A stretch of DNA of 49,170 nucleotides from Chiloscyllium plagiosum. Taxonomy: Eukaryota. The notes below the pieces were generated by a model that was not told where the DNA came from, did not search any database, and saw nothing but the letters and a program-made list of their open reading frames with translations. The stretch's first letter is position 1. Every line of letters begins with the position of its first letter. A program made the translations under genes and the position numbers. The stretch spans positions 3,487,407 through 3,536,576 of the forward strand of contig NC_057752.1 of NCBI RefSeq assembly GCF_004010195.1. The letters are read 5' to 3'. Below are positions 47,955-49,170 of the stretch, piece after piece.

Positions 47955-48365
47955 GCTGAACAGGCTGGGGCTGTTTTCCCTGGAATGTCGGAGGCTGAGG
48001 GGTGACATTATCGAGGTTTATAAAATCACGAGGGGCATGGATAGGATGAATAGGCAAGGTCTTTACCTTAGTGGAGGGGAGTCCAAAACTAGAGGGCATA
48101 GGGTGAGAGGGAAATGATTTAAAACGGACCTTGGGGCAACTTTTTCACTCAGAGGGTGGTGCGTGTGTGGAATGAGCTGCCAGAGGAAGTGGTGGAGGCT
48201 GGTACAATGGCAACATTTAAAAGGCCATTTGGATGGGTATCTGAATAGGAAGGGTTTTGAGGGATATGGGCCAAACACTGGCGAATGAGACTAGATTTAT
48301 TTAGCGTATCTAGTCAGCATGGACAAGTTAGGCCGAAGGGCCTGTTTCCGTGCTGTATGACCCTG
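47955..48365 (+). mobile_element. HER1/CR1 3' fragment
   Basis: ggaggctgaggggtgac..gtggaatgagctgccagagg, followed by the tail. Confidence 0.9.
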
Positions 48366-48974
48366 TGACAGGTAGGGAAAAGGTAACTGGGGATAGAGGA
48401 CAACACAACTGCTGGCAAAAGGGAACATAATGGGGCACAATCACTGGAAAGGTGGGCAGATAGCTCAGCGTGGGAATAATGTGCATCAATAGCATTGGAA
48501 AGAAGAGCGTTTTCTGAATTGTGAATCAAGTATTCAGGCAGCGACTCAGTAACCACACCAGCATACCTTCACCCATGCCATCACTGAGAGGCCCTATATA
48601 TATATATATACAATAGCAAAGCAATGTTTCCCTGCTGTACTCTTCAGTCAACGACAGTTCAGTTGAAGAGCTCGGATACCAAGCATTCTGTTCACATGCT
48701 CAACTTGCAAAGATGTCCCAAATATATCTGAAAAGGTCAGAACGCAAAAAAAGGAGAAAAAAAAATCCACTTCAAACTGGTGAACCTCACAGTGATTGCA
48801 ATTAATTTGACATAAACTACAGAAGATTGAGATTCAGGTGCAGTTAACCGTTTTTTTTGTTGGCTTTGAGAAAACATTTACAGTTTAATTGCTTCTCAAA
48901 GTGTTCTGTCTCTTTGATGTCAATGTCAAGTAACAAGCAAAGACAGGAAGGCTTGTAGTGTTGGGGGTTGTACG

Positions 48975-49170
48975 CACACATACACAGACACACACTGTAT
49001 ACAGAAAGATCCGACACAGCTCTCTCACACACACACACTCTCTCTCTCTCACACACACAGACACACTGCAGACAGAAAGATCTCTCACACACACACATAC
49101 ACACACATTACCCCACACATCCCCACACACACACACGCCCACACTCTCTCTCACACACACAGACACACTG
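48975..49170. repeat. Compound (CA)n/(TC)n microsatellite
   Basis: Direct inspection. Confidence 0.95.

Overview
Repeat-dominated vertebrate genomic DNA, almost certainly from an elasmobranch (shark/ray): it has about 15 HE1-type tRNA-derived SINEs and many CR1-clade (HER1-like) LINE fragments, plus three assembly gaps (2058-2153, 41676-42311, 46219-46719). I cannot identify an intact host protein-coding gene; nearly all listed ORFs are decayed retroelement frames or their antisense shadows. Other content includes Deu-domain SINE remnants, L2, Rex/Babar-like and Tx1-like LINE 3' ends, two probable solo LTRs, a pogo/Tigger-like MITE and microsatellites. The most notable structure is a set of 150-220 bp fold-back inserts from the ends of two Penelope-like families. 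They carry minimal type I hammerhead ribozyme cores (CTGATGA..GAAA..UH), are flanked by 11-15 bp target-site duplications (TSDs), and in several copies both arms share copy-specific variants. Also notable: a tRNA-headed LINE/SINE deletion series, 53-bp tandem expansions inside HE1 SINEs, a perfect 61-bp duplication 1 kb apart, and a few weak exon-like or Ig-like remnants. Family names come from my recognition of the sequence, not from database searches, and boundaries of decayed repeats are approximate.
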